Positions 11,200 to 21,277 of a DNA stretch of 64,000 bases are shown piece by piece. The stretch comes from Prevotella sp. (lineage in GTDB: Bacteria; Bacteroidota; Bacteroidia; Bacteroidales; Bacteroidaceae). The position numbers and the translations under genes are program-made. Numbering within the stretch: the first letter of the stretch is position 1; each line of letters opens with the position of its first letter. The stretch lies in assembly GCA_045617965.1 (NCBI GenBank), contig JAZLJQ010000014.1, positions 21,443-85,442 on the forward strand, written 5' to 3'. Below the pieces are notes generated by a model. The model was given only the letters and a program-made list of their open reading frames with translations. It was not told the origin of the DNA and did not search any database.

Positions 11200-11257
11200 C
11201 AAAGTTAAATAAAAATATGTAATAAATAAAATGGTTTTAGGATTTTTATTATCTTTG
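11200..11257. promoter_or_regulatory. Divergent Bacteroidota promoters (Na/Pi cotransporter and nadA)
   Basis: TAACTTTG on the minus strand at 11200-11207 and TATCTTTG on the plus strand at 11250-11257. Confidence 0.55.
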
Positions 11258-11282
11258 CTTTGTTGAAAAATTTTAGAAAGAA

Positions 11283-12212
11283 ATGAAGGACTTAAAGAAT
11301 AAAATACGGCAAGTATGCAAGGAGAAAAATGCAGTAATACTAGCACACTATTATACTCGTGCGGAAGTGCAGGATATAGCTGATTTTATCGGTGATAGCC
11401 TTGCTTTGGCTAAACATGCCTCACATACTGATGCAGAAATAATTCTAATGTGTGGAGTGAATTTTATGGCAGAGACTTGTAAAATTCTATGTCCAAAAAA
11501 GAAAGTCCTCACCCCAGATCTTTCTGCAGGTTGTAGCCTTGCTGATAGTTGTAATGCAGAAGAACTTCGTTTGTTCCGTCATAAAAATCCAGAATATACA
11601 ATCATAAGTTATGTTAATACTACAGTAGAAGTTAAAGCGCTTTCTGATATTTGCGTTACTTCTGGCAATGCACTTAAAATCATAAACTCTTTGCCAAAAG
11701 ATGAAAAAATAATGTTTTGTCCTGATCAGCACCTTGGAGGATATATCAATGACATGACAGGACGCAAAATGATGTTGTGGGATGGTGGATGTCATGTTCA
11801 TGGACGTTTTTCTGCTGAAACTATAAAAGAATTAAAAAAGGCCCATCCAAGTGCTTTTGTTATGGTTCACCCAGAATGTTCTGCAGATGTATTGGCAGAA
11901 GCTGATCTTATTGGTTCTACTGCGGCCATACTAGATGCTTTCGGCGCAAGAGAAAACATGGGTGTAAGTGAGTTTATTATTGCCACAGAAATAGGAATAT
12001 CTAGAGAAATAGCTCGAAGATACCCCGAGCAAACTCTCTATTTTGTGCCACGAAAGGATGGAGTTTTATGCAATGAATGCGAGCATATGAAGCTATGTAC
12101 TTTAGAAAATGTTCTGACTACGCTTCAAGAAGAATTACCTGAGATTAAAGTTGATGCTATAGTAGCCGCAAAAGCCGTAATACCAATACTTCGAATGCTT
12201 GAGTTGAGTTAG
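11283..12212 (+). CDS. nadA: Quinolinate synthase
   Basis: ILAHYY, GDSL, GCSLAD, SYVNT, CHVH, VHPEC and CEHMK (three Fe-S cysteines). Confidence 0.95.
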   Translation: MKDLKNKIRQVCKEKNAVILAHYYTRAEVQDIADFIGDSLALAKHASHTDAEIILMCGVNFMAETCKILCPKKKVLTPDLSAGCSLADSCNAEELRLFRHKNPEYTIISYVNTTVEVKALSDICVTSGNALKIINSLPKDEKIMFCPDQHLGGYINDMTGRKMMLWDGGCHVHGRFSAETIKELKKAHPSAFVMVHPECSADVLAEADLIGSTAAILDAFGARENMGVSEFIIATEIGISREIARRYPEQTLYFVPRKDGVLCNECEHMKLCTLENVLTTLQEELPEIKVDAIVAAKAVIPILRMLELS

Positions 12213-12254
12213 TTAGATTTATAAAACTAATAAAATCTTTGAATTTCATAAATC

Positions 12255-12287
12255 AAAAACGTCAAGACTTTCACAAGCCCTGACGTT
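12255..12287 (-). terminator. Intrinsic terminator of the candidate sRNA
   Basis: Minus strand AACGTCAGGGC-TTGTGAAA-GTCTTGACGTT followed by a T tract. Confidence 0.75.
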
Positions 12288-12488
12288 AACCTATTTACTT
12301 TTATTAAATTTTCAGTCTAAAACTGGATTCGGTTTCCTCCTCCAGAAGTTTCTCTTTTTAGGGAGAATAATTTCGGGAGCTTCACAGCTGCCGTTGTTAT
12401 CCTAAAAATAATCTTCAACACCCCTAAATAAAAAACTAACCTATTAACAAAATTACTACTAACCTAAAACAATCTATTAACCTTTTGA
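12255..12488 (-). ncRNA. Candidate small RNA (about 230 nt), divergent from susC
   Basis: Minus-strand TATCTTTG promoter at 12494-12501, no ORF in the track, GU-rich body with four AGGUUA motifs, an internal hairpin around CUGUGAAG and an intrinsic terminator. Ends are approximate. Confidence 0.6.
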
Positions 12489-12776
12489 CAATGCAAAGAT
12501 AAATACCAAATTGTGGCGAATCCAAGCAATTATATGTTTTTTATTAGAAAATTGCCCTTTTCTTGACTTTTGTCAATCAGTATAGGCATAAATTTATTAA
12601 TTTTTGCATGTTTGTTATCGCTCACATGTGACAAAATGTAATTATTGTTATTAAAAAAACGACAATAATTTACTTTTGTTGTAATTCGTATGGTTTTGAC
12701 AAAAGCCTTTACCATCTCCCTAAAAGAGATTTTACGAAGAAAAATTGTAATGAATGCCACAAAAACAGTTAAAATA

Positions 12777-12807
12777 TTTGTTTGTTAGTTAAAAAGTATT
12801 ATCTTTG
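12777..12807 (+). promoter_or_regulatory. susC promoter (TTTG-N19-TATCTTTG)
   Basis: TTTG at 12777-12780 and TATCTTTG at 12800-12807, implying a leader of about 135 nt. Confidence 0.65.
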
Positions 12808-12949
12808 CATCGGTCTATTAACTAAACAATACAAACTATTATAATACTATTTTACCAAAGGAACTAATTTTGGTAAACAATGAATTTTGACAATATGAAA
12901 GTTTACTTTTTATGTATATTTTTTTTATTAATCTAAAAACAAACATTTT

Positions 12950-15900
12950 ATGTCAAATCTGAAATTTTTTCGAATTGCGCTGACTTTGTTGTTTATTTGT
13001 ACAATGACAACGATTTCGGCACAGACAGTCAAAGGAGTCGTGGTTGATTCCAATGGCGAACCTGTCATCGGAGCAACTGTAAAAGTTGATGGTACAAGTG
13101 TTGGTTCAGTTACTGACTTGAATGGTAACTTTATGGTTAATGCTGATTCCAAAGCATCTCTTACCGTGTCTTATGTGGGCTTTATTGCTCAAACGGTAAG
13201 AGTTGGAGGACGTGAGAACCTTAAAGTAGTACTCAAAGAAGACCAAAAGTCTTTAAACGAGGTTGTGGTTATTGGCTATGGTACACAACGGCGTGAGGCT
13301 GTAACAGGTTCGGTAGCAAACATTAATGGTGAGAAATTGAATCAAGTAGCAGCGACCAATGTTGCTTATGCATTGGCAGGTCGTATGCCTGGTGTTGTTA
13401 TGACGCAGACTTCTTCTCAGCCGGGTGCAGAAATGCAGATTCGTATCCGTGGTCAACGTTCACTCAGTGCAAGTAACGATCCTCTTATTGTGCTTGATGG
13501 TGTTCCATTTATGGGAAATCTTTCTGATATTAACCCTGCTGATATCAAGAGCATGGATATTTTGAAAGACGCTTCTGCAACAGCTATCTATGGTTCTCGT
13601 GGTGCCAATGGTGTCATCATGATAACTACAGTTAAAGGTACTCAGAATACTCCGGCAAGAGTTTCTTACAACATGTATGCTGGCTTTAAGAATGTATTCC
13701 ACAAATACCCAATGATGAATGGCAAACAGTTTACAGAACTTCGTGATTACCTTCGCACTCACGAAAACCAGGGTACTGTTTACATAACTGGTGGTCCTGA
13801 TGAGCAAGAAGGGGTTGACACAGACTGGCAGGATATGTTCTTCCGCACAGGTTATACTCAGAGTCATAATGTTGGTGTTCAGGGCGGTACTATTGGAGGT
13901 AGCTATAGTTTTGGTGCTGGTTACTATAAGGATGCAGCTGTCGTTCCAGGGCAAGACTACTCTCGTTACTCAATTCGTGGTAACTTTGACCAAAAGGTTG
14001 GTGATTTCTTCCGTTTCGGTCTTTCCACAAACACTAGCTTTAGCATGCAGAAGGGTGGCCAGATAGGTCTCTATAGTGTTTTGAGCTCAAGTCCTATTTC
14101 TAATCCGTATGACGAATATGGAGATTTGAAGCGCACTATCAAAATGGAAGCTGATGAAAATGTTATTTTGACTCCCGATATTATTGATGGTTGGAAGAAT
14201 CTTTGGGTAAATGAAAACAAGGGTCTAGGTACTTACAATACTATCTTTGCAGAAGTTAAGTGCCCATGGATAGAAGGTTTGAGTTATCGTATGAATATTG
14301 GTTTGAATTATCGTGATTCCAAAAATGGCTCATTCACTGGTACAGGAGTTAACAACATAAATATTTCAGCTATTAACTCTGCATCTGTTCAGCAGAGTAT
14401 AACTAAGAATTGGAGTGTTGAAAACATTCTTACTTATGATCGTACATTTGCAGAGAAGCATCATGTAAATATAGTAGGTATGTATTCTGCCGAGCAAACT
14501 CGTTATGAGCAGACTCATATGTCTGGTCAGGAGATACCTGCAGAGTATTTTATGTATTATAATATAGGTACAGCTTACCAAAACATTACAGTAAATCCTG
14601 CTTACCAGAACTATTGGGAAAGTGGTCTTTCATCAGTAATGGGGCGTGCTATGTACGACTATGATGGCAAGTATATGGCAAGTGTTACAGTACGTGCTGA
14701 TGGTTCTTCACGTTTAGCAGAAGGTCATAAGTGGCATACTTATCCTGCTGTTTCTGCAGGTTGGAATATTGCCAAGGAAGAATTCATGAAGCCTATTACT
14801 TGGCTTGATAATTTAAAAGTTCGTGCTGGTTATGGTGAAACTTCTAACCAAAGTATTAAGCCTTACTCAACTCTTGGTTCTTTGAGCCAAACTTTCTATA
14901 ACTTCGGTTCAACGGGTTCAACAGGTTATTATGTATCAAGTCTTCCAAACCCTGACCTTGGTTGGGAGTATACAAAGACTTGGAACTTAGGTCTTGACTT
15001 CTCTCTTTTCAGTGGTCGTTTGTATGGTACATTTGAGTACTACATCCAAAATACTAATGATTTGCTTCTCGCAGTTTCTATGCCGTCAACATCAGGCGTT
15101 AGTAGCTATACTGCAAATATTGGTGAAACTCAGAACAAAGGTTGGGAACTTTCTTTGAACGGAACAATTCTCGACAATTATAAGGGATGGAATTGGAATT
15201 TAGGTGTTAACTTCTATTCTAACCATAACGAGTTGAAGGCTCTTGCATCAGGTGCGGAACGCGATGAGGGTAACCGTTGGTTCGTAGGTCATCCAATTGA
15301 TTGTATTTATGACTACAATAAGATTGGTATTTGGCAGAAGGGCGAGGAAGAACTTCTCAATATACTTGAGCCAGGTGGAAACATTGGTATGATTAAGGTT
15401 GAAGGTGGATACGATGAAAACGGCAATCCACGCGCTATTGGGCCTGATGATCGTAAGATTATGTCTATGGAGCCTGATCTTATGGGTGGTTTCAACACTG
15501 ACGTTACTTACAAAGGATTTGATCTTTCTGTAATTGGTGCATTCCAAATAGGTGGCAAGTTGATTTCTGCTATCCATTCTTCTAATGGCTATTTGAATAT
15601 GTTGACAGCTCGCCGTGGTCAGATTGATGTTAACTATTGGACTGAAGATAATCCAACTAATGATTATCCAAAACCAGGTGGTGTCCTTTCGGGTGATAAC
15701 CCTAAGTATGGTTCTACACTTGGTTACTTTAATGCGGGCTATTTGAAGATTCGTACTATTACTCTCGGTTATAGTTTCACAAATATTGCTGCTATCAAGA
15801 ATCTTGGTATTCAACGCCTGCGCGTTTACGCAACAGTACAGAATCCATTTGTATTCTTCTCACCTTATAATAATGAGTGTGGTCTTGATCCAGAGACAAA

Positions 15901-16033
15901 TACTTATGCACACAATGGTGGTACTACAGCCGTTACTTTTGAAGGTTACACAGGAGCTCACCAAATGCCTATCATTGGTTATAATACTCCTTCAACACGT
16001 AATTTCCTCTTTGGCCTTAACTTAACTTTCTAA
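12950..16033 (+). CDS. SusC/RagA-family TonB-dependent outer-membrane transporter
   Basis: Signal peptide, N-terminal extension (GEPVIGATV), EVVVIGYG, plug motif LKDASATAIYGSRGANGVI, C-terminal GLNLTF. Confidence 0.97.
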   Translation: MSNLKFFRIALTLLFICTMTTISAQTVKGVVVDSNGEPVIGATVKVDGTSVGSVTDLNGNFMVNADSKASLTVSYVGFIAQTVRVGGRENLKVVLKEDQKSLNEVVVIGYGTQRREAVTGSVANINGEKLNQVAATNVAYALAGRMPGVVMTQTSSQPGAEMQIRIRGQRSLSASNDPLIVLDGVPFMGNLSDINPADIKSMDILKDASATAIYGSRGANGVIMITTVKGTQNTPARVSYNMYAGFKNVFHKYPMMNGKQFTELRDYLRTHENQGTVYITGGPDEQEGVDTDWQDMFFRTGYTQSHNVGVQGGTIGGSYSFGAGYYKDAAVVPGQDYSRYSIRGNFDQKVGDFFRFGLSTNTSFSMQKGGQIGLYSVLSSSPISNPYDEYGDLKRTIKMEADENVILTPDIIDGWKNLWVNENKGLGTYNTIFAEVKCPWIEGLSYRMNIGLNYRDSKNGSFTGTGVNNINISAINSASVQQSITKNWSVENILTYDRTFAEKHHVNIVGMYSAEQTRYEQTHMSGQEIPAEYFMYYNIGTAYQNITVNPAYQNYWESGLSSVMGRAMYDYDGKYMASVTVRADGSSRLAEGHKWHTYPAVSAGWNIAKEEFMKPITWLDNLKVRAGYGETSNQSIKPYSTLGSLSQTFYNFGSTGSTGYYVSSLPNPDLGWEYTKTWNLGLDFSLFSGRLYGTFEYYIQNTNDLLLAVSMPSTSGVSSYTANIGETQNKGWELSLNGTILDNYKGWNWNLGVNFYSNHNELKALASGAERDEGNRWFVGHPIDCIYDYNKIGIWQKGEEELLNILEPGGNIGMIKVEGGYDENGNPRAIGPDDRKIMSMEPDLMGGFNTDVTYKGFDLSVIGAFQIGGKLISAIHSSNGYLNMLTARRGQIDVNYWTEDNPTNDYPKPGGVLSGDNPKYGSTLGYFNAGYLKIRTITLGYSFTNIAAIKNLGIQRLRVYATVQNPFVFFSPYNNECGLDPETNTYAHNGGTTAVTFEGYTGAHQMPIIGYNTPSTRNFLFGLNLTF

Positions 16034-16046
16034 AATGGAGAAGATT

Positions 16047-18050
16047 ATGAAAAAGATTAATATTATATTAGTTTTTGTTTGCACATTCGTTTTATGTTTT
16101 TCTTCATGTAATGTGCTTGATGAGCAACCAAGATCTTCGTTTGACCCTTCTTACTTTGGTACAGAAAAGGGTATTGAAGGCGGTTTGACAGCTCTTTACG
16201 CAGAATTGCGTAATCTCTATGGTAACGGATATGTTTTCAGCGCGATGGAAACAGGTACTGATGAATACACCTATGCTCAGAGTGGTGATGGCGAAAATTT
16301 CAAATCTGCAGATTTCACAGGTGGTGCAAAAATGACTTCTACCAACTGTGATGCAGGTCGTTGGTGGGATGTATTCCCTACTATCAATACAGCAAGCGGT
16401 GTGATTGAATATGGTGAACTCGGTGGTATGGACCCAGCAAAGATTGCAGAAGCTTATTTTTTCCGTGCATTCTATTATTTCCATCTTGTACGTAATTTTG
16501 GTGGTGTGCCATTGGATTTAGGAAGTGGCAAATTGACATTCAATAATCAGGCCGTTCGTACATCAGTACGTAATACGGTGCCTGAAGTTTATACAGAGTG
16601 TATTTTCCCTGATTTGAAGAAGGCTGTTGAAAATCTTCCTATCTCTCCACGTGTGCCAGGTGCCGTAACTAAAACGGTTGCTATTACTTATCTTGCAAAA
16701 GCTTATTTGACTTATGCTTGGTGGTTGAAAAATCCGAATGGAGTTCCTACATATCCAGAGTGTAATCGCACGGATCCTGATAGACACGATGCTGCTTGGT
16801 ATTTCCAAGAGGCTTATACAGACGCAATGGGGGCTATCAATGATCCTACAAGCCCTTATAAATTGATGGATACATATTACGACGCTCATGTGGCAACTAA
16901 TGATCGTAACGCAGAATGGTTGCTTTGGGCTGATCATACTGAAGAAAGTGACCTTTACAATGGTGTTGGTAAGAACGCTTGGGGTAATGGTCAATCTCCT
17001 GAAAACTTTACTTCATGGTTTCCTTGTTGCAACTATACTCTTATGAGCATTGATGGTATCAATCCTGTACAACGCGACCTCATCCCTGGACTTGGTCGTC
17101 CTTGGACTCGTAATGCTCCTACAATTGAAGTATTTACAAAAACTTTTGCAGATAAGACTAATGATTCGCGCTACGATGCAACATTCACATACTGTTTCCG
17201 CGCTAACTGGCAGAAGGCTGATGCAACAGGTACAAATTACAAAGATCATGTTACAGGCGCTAATGGTCTTCCTATCTATCCAGGAAAATGGGGTGCATAT
17301 GCCACCGACATTGAAGGTAATAACCATGGTCTTGGTGATGCCGTCTTGACATTCTTGCCGGAGGATGTAGGCGGAATAGATTATAGTGTGAATGGTGCAG
17401 GTGTTGGTGCAGGTGTTCTTCCTGGTCGTGCTGACTTCGTTATTGAACCAAGTCAAATGACTCGCCAGATCTATCCTGCTCTTTGGAAGATAGGTCCATA
17501 TCGTACTGATAATGGTACAGGTTATGGTGCTGGTGTTAACTCAGGAAGTACTCGTCCAATGGTTATCGCTAAGTTTTCAGAACTTTATTTCATTGCTGCA
17601 GAGGCTGCTGTAATGGGAGCAAAAGGCGAGAAATCTGCATACGATCTTATTAGTGTTATTCGTACACGTGCTTCAAAGTGGCGTTGGGATAACAATAATG
17701 GTAAAAAGGTAGATGACCCAGATGGCGAAAAAGCTAAAGCACGCCTTAAAGCAATGCTTGATGCAACTCCAAAAGATATCACTATCGACTATATTCTTGA
17801 CGAGCGTAGCCGTGAGTTCTTTGGTGAAAGTATGCGTTGGTATGATCTAACTCGTACTCAAACTTGGGAAAAGCGTGCTCTTACTTATCATATTGGTGGT
17901 ATGAGTTTCAAAGATCATGGTGCACAAGAGTTTACTCGTAATATGTCTAAGGATAATTATTTGCGACCTATCCCACAAAGTCAGATTGATGGTCTTGAGA
18001 TGACAAAAGAAGAAAAGGTTGCATATCAGAATCCTGCATATAGACAATAA
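16047..18050 (+). CDS. SusD/RagB-family nutrient-binding lipoprotein
   Basis: Lipobox FSSC, AEAYFFRAFYYFHLV, ELYFIAAEA, ILDERSREFFGE..RWYDL, PIPQSQID, QNPAY. Alternative start at 16035. Confidence 0.95.
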   Translation: MKKINIILVFVCTFVLCFSSCNVLDEQPRSSFDPSYFGTEKGIEGGLTALYAELRNLYGNGYVFSAMETGTDEYTYAQSGDGENFKSADFTGGAKMTSTNCDAGRWWDVFPTINTASGVIEYGELGGMDPAKIAEAYFFRAFYYFHLVRNFGGVPLDLGSGKLTFNNQAVRTSVRNTVPEVYTECIFPDLKKAVENLPISPRVPGAVTKTVAITYLAKAYLTYAWWLKNPNGVPTYPECNRTDPDRHDAAWYFQEAYTDAMGAINDPTSPYKLMDTYYDAHVATNDRNAEWLLWADHTEESDLYNGVGKNAWGNGQSPENFTSWFPCCNYTLMSIDGINPVQRDLIPGLGRPWTRNAPTIEVFTKTFADKTNDSRYDATFTYCFRANWQKADATGTNYKDHVTGANGLPIYPGKWGAYATDIEGNNHGLGDAVLTFLPEDVGGIDYSVNGAGVGAGVLPGRADFVIEPSQMTRQIYPALWKIGPYRTDNGTGYGAGVNSGSTRPMVIAKFSELYFIAAEAAVMGAKGEKSAYDLISVIRTRASKWRWDNNNGKKVDDPDGEKAKARLKAMLDATPKDITIDYILDERSREFFGESMRWYDLTRTQTWEKRALTYHIGGMSFKDHGAQEFTRNMSKDNYLRPIPQSQIDGLEMTKEEKVAYQNPAYRQ

Positions 18051-18085
18051 AATTTGTATCTTTGAGAATAATTATTCTCTATAAA

Positions 18086-18124
18086 CTCCGAAGGTTAGTG
18101 TCTCTGACTTTCGGAGCTTTTTTA
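18086..18124 (+). terminator. Intrinsic terminator after susD
   Basis: CTCCGAAGGTTAG-TGTCT-CTGACTTTCGGAG followed by CTTTTTTT. Confidence 0.8.
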
Positions 18125-18392
18125 TTGGTTCGTAAATAAAAGAAAGGTACATTTTTCTTCGTTGTTTTTTCACTTAATTCCGTTAAACATACACTTACAT
18201 ACACTTACTTGCTTCATATGAAAATATACCTATCTTTTATTTTCTTTATTTCAAAATAAATAATCTATCAATATTGGGGGCGATTTGTACAAATTCATAG
18301 GACTAGTTATTCGTCTATATATGGAAAATATGTAGCATAGTTGCAGATGAAAGTCGGTTTGCGTATCTTTGCCATAAGAAAATAAAGAGAAG

Positions 18393-19376
18393 TTGAATAT
18401 GAAAAAAATACTCATAACAGGAGCTAGTGGCTTTATTGGAAGTTTTATTGTAGAAGAAGCCTTACAACGCGGAATGGAAGTGTGGGCTGCAGTTCGTCGC
18501 ACCTCAAGCAAACGATATTTAAAAGACGAAAGAATAAAATTCATTGAGCTTGACTTCTCATCTGTAACAACGTTGGAAGAGGCAATGGCTACTTATCGTT
18601 GGGACTATATCGTTCATGCTGCGGGAGCCACAAAATGTTTGAAAAAAGAAGATTTTTTTCGTATTAATACCGAAGGGACAAAGCATTTTGCTCAAGCAAT
18701 AATGAGCCTTGGTATAGAGCCCGAAAAATTTATCTTTATGAGTTCTTTGAGTGCTTATGGAGCGATTAGTGAGCAATATCCGTATAAAAATATAAAAGAA
18801 GAAGATGAGCCCAAGCCAAATACAAGCTATGGTGCAAGCAAGATGCAAGCTGAAGAGTTTTTGGATAAGTATGCAAATCGCTTGCATGTTGTGACTTTAC
18901 GTCCAACAGGTGTTTATGGCCCGCGAGAAAAGGACTATCTTATGATGGTAGATAGCATTCGGAAACATGTGGATTTTGCGGTTGGTTTTCGTCCGCAAGA
19001 AATAACTTTTGTCTATGTAAGAGATCTTGTCCAAGCAGTATTTTTAGCTTTAGAAAAAGGTGTTGATGGAAGAAAATATTTTGTTTCTGATGGTAAGGTC
19101 TATTCTTCAAAAGATTTTTCCGAACTTATAAAAAAAGAGCTTGGTAATCTATTTGTATTCCGCATTGTGGCCCCAATATGGATGTTATGGATAGTGTGTA
19201 AAATTGGCGGTTTTATCGGTAGTATTACAGGAAAAATGTCTGCGTTAAATATGGATAAATTTAATATTCTTCGTCAGCGTAATTGGCGATGTGATATTAG
19301 CCCAATCGTTAAAGATTTGGACTATAATCCTAAATATGATCTTGAGCGTGGTGTACATGAGTGGCTTTGTCAATAA
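18393..19376 (+). CDS. NAD(P)-dependent epimerase/dehydratase-type extended SDR (possible lipid reductase)
   Basis: TGASGFIG, HAAG, SSLSA, YGASK, LRPTGVYGP. A TATCTTTG promoter lies at 18364-18371. Confidence 0.85.
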   Translation: MNMKKILITGASGFIGSFIVEEALQRGMEVWAAVRRTSSKRYLKDERIKFIELDFSSVTTLEEAMATYRWDYIVHAAGATKCLKKEDFFRINTEGTKHFAQAIMSLGIEPEKFIFMSSLSAYGAISEQYPYKNIKEEDEPKPNTSYGASKMQAEEFLDKYANRLHVVTLRPTGVYGPREKDYLMMVDSIRKHVDFAVGFRPQEITFVYVRDLVQAVFLALEKGVDGRKYFVSDGKVYSSKDFSELIKKELGNLFVFRIVAPIWMLWIVCKIGGFIGSITGKMSALNMDKFNILRQRNWRCDISPIVKDLDYNPKYDLERGVHEWLCQ

Positions 19377-20368
19377 ATGTTGTACGAACTAAAAATTGTA
19401 TCGTGAAAATCAAAGAATTATTTAGCATAGAAAAAAAGCCACGAAAAGGTCTTATTGCAATGGAGTGGGCAGTAATAATTTATATTCTATTCACATCTAT
19501 TGTTGCAGTCGTAATGTATGATGAATTGCCGAATGTTTCACGGATCGCTTCATTGCGAATAGAGGGCCTTGCAATTATTGGTGCATTATGGTTGGTATAT
19601 AGATGTATTCCTTGCCGATTGACCTTCTTGTGTCGTTATTTGGCACAGCTTGGTATGCTATCGCAATGGTATCCTGATTTGTTTGAGTTCAATCGAGCAA
19701 TGCCTTATCTTGATCATCTTATTGCTGGGTGGGAGCAAAATATTTTTGGCATGCAGCCCGCATTGTTGTTTGCTGAAAAAGTATCTTGGCCGTTAGTGAG
19801 CGAAATAATGTGTGCCGATTACGTAAGTTATTTTTTTATTATGGCATCTGTCATGTTGTTCTATTTCTTCAAAAAATACGGAGAATTAGAAAAGATAACT
19901 TTTATTTTCTTCACCTCATTCTTTTTAGTATATGTCATTTTTTTGTTTATTCCTGTCTGTGGGCCACAATACTATTATGAGATTGTAGGTCTGCATACTA
20001 TTGCTCAAGGTAATTTCCCTAATATAGGATGTTTTTTTGCTGAAAACGCGCAAAAACAGTTCAACCCTGGTTGGCAAGACGGATTCTTTTATCGGTTGTT
20101 GGTTTTTGCTCATGATTCAGGGGAAAGACCCATTGCTGCATTTCCGAGCAGTCATATATGTATGACACTAATAATGATGTTATTAGCTTTTCGTGTAAAT
20201 AAACGCTTTGGGAAAATAGTACTTATATTGTTGTGTATAATGTGTTTTTCAACGATATATATTCGTGCTCATTATGCCATTGATGTTATTGCAGGAATCG
20301 TGGTTGGATTTGTTCTATACGGAGCAAGTTTGTTGCTTTGGAAAATATTCTTTTCGCATAATAAATAA
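19361..20368 (+). CDS. PAP2-superfamily membrane phosphatase/phosphotransferase (Aur1/IPC-synthase-like)
   Basis: Multi-TM protein with PVCGP, AAFPSSH and HYAIDV motifs. The true start may be GTG 19403. Confidence 0.8.
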   Translation: MALSINVVRTKNCIVKIKELFSIEKKPRKGLIAMEWAVIIYILFTSIVAVVMYDELPNVSRIASLRIEGLAIIGALWLVYRCIPCRLTFLCRYLAQLGMLSQWYPDLFEFNRAMPYLDHLIAGWEQNIFGMQPALLFAEKVSWPLVSEIMCADYVSYFFIMASVMLFYFFKKYGELEKITFIFFTSFFLVYVIFLFIPVCGPQYYYEIVGLHTIAQGNFPNIGCFFAENAQKQFNPGWQDGFFYRLLVFAHDSGERPIAAFPSSHICMTLIMMLLAFRVNKRFGKIVLILLCIMCFSTIYIRAHYAIDVIAGIVVGFVLYGASLLLWKIFFSHNK

Positions 20369-20440
20369 TCCGGTTTCTTATTTTTATAAGAAAATTGCAT
20401 TTGAAAAGGTTTTTTGTGCTATCTTTGTCCGTGTATTAAT

Positions 20441-21277
20441 ATGTCAAAGATGGAAAAAGCAATTGATCTCGACAAAATTATTCGCCTTAAAGTAGGGTCA
20501 AAGGCAAAATATATTCCAAAATTTCTTATAAACAAACTGAAGAAAATTATCCATCAGGATGAAATGAATGATTATTTTTGGAAAAGCCGTATTTATAAGG
20601 GCAAAGACTGGCTTGTTGATGGAATGCGTTATTTGGATTTGAATCTTGACGTTAGGGGCGAGGAAAACTTGCCGAAAGATGATGATGGTAAGCGTTATAC
20701 TTTTGTAAGCAATCATCCTCTTGGCGGTCCAGATGGAGTTTGTCTTGGTTACCTTCTTACACAACATTATGGCAATAGATTGCGTATTCCGGTTAATGAT
20801 TTTTTAATGTACATTCCTGGATATGCGCCACTTTGCATTCCTGTCAACAAGGTTGGGGCACAGTCTAGAGAGAATAGGCGTCTATTAGAAGAGGCATATG
20901 CAAGTGATAATCAAATGCTTATTTTCCCAGCAGGTTTATGCTCAAGAATGCAAGCTAACGGAGAGATAAAGGATGTGGAATGGACAAAGAATTTTATCCA
21001 AAAGAGTGTTGAATATCAGCGTGATGTGGTGCCTATCTATTTTGAAGGGCGCAATTCTAAGCGATTCTACAACATTGCACAATGGTGTAAACGACTGCAT
21101 CTAAAATTCAATCTTGCTATGATTTATCTCCCAGATGAGATGTATCGCAATCGTCACAAAACATTTCATGTTACAATCGGCAAACCAATTCCTTGGCAAA
21201 CGTTTGATTCGAGTATGAAACCAAAACAATGGGCGCAACAAGTCCGCGAAAAAGTATATAAGCTAAAACAAATATGA
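20441..21277 (+). CDS. PlsC-family acyltransferase (GlsA-like O-acyltransferase)
   Basis: SNHPLGGPD (HX4D-type), IFPAG, VVPIYF. Overlaps a GNAT gene. Promoter TATCTTTG at 20420-20427. Confidence 0.8.
   Translation: MSKMEKAIDLDKIIRLKVGSKAKYIPKFLINKLKKIIHQDEMNDYFWKSRIYKGKDWLVDGMRYLDLNLDVRGEENLPKDDDGKRYTFVSNHPLGGPDGVCLGYLLTQHYGNRLRIPVNDFLMYIPGYAPLCIPVNKVGAQSRENRRLLEEAYASDNQMLIFPAGLCSRMQANGEIKDVEWTKNFIQKSVEYQRDVVPIYFEGRNSKRFYNIAQWCKRLHLKFNLAMIYLPDEMYRNRHKTFHVTIGKPIPWQTFDSSMKPKQWAQQVREKVYKLKQI

Noticed and set aside
12530-12760. 76-aa minus-strand ORF between the sRNA and susC
   Set aside because: AT-rich promoter region with no coding signature.
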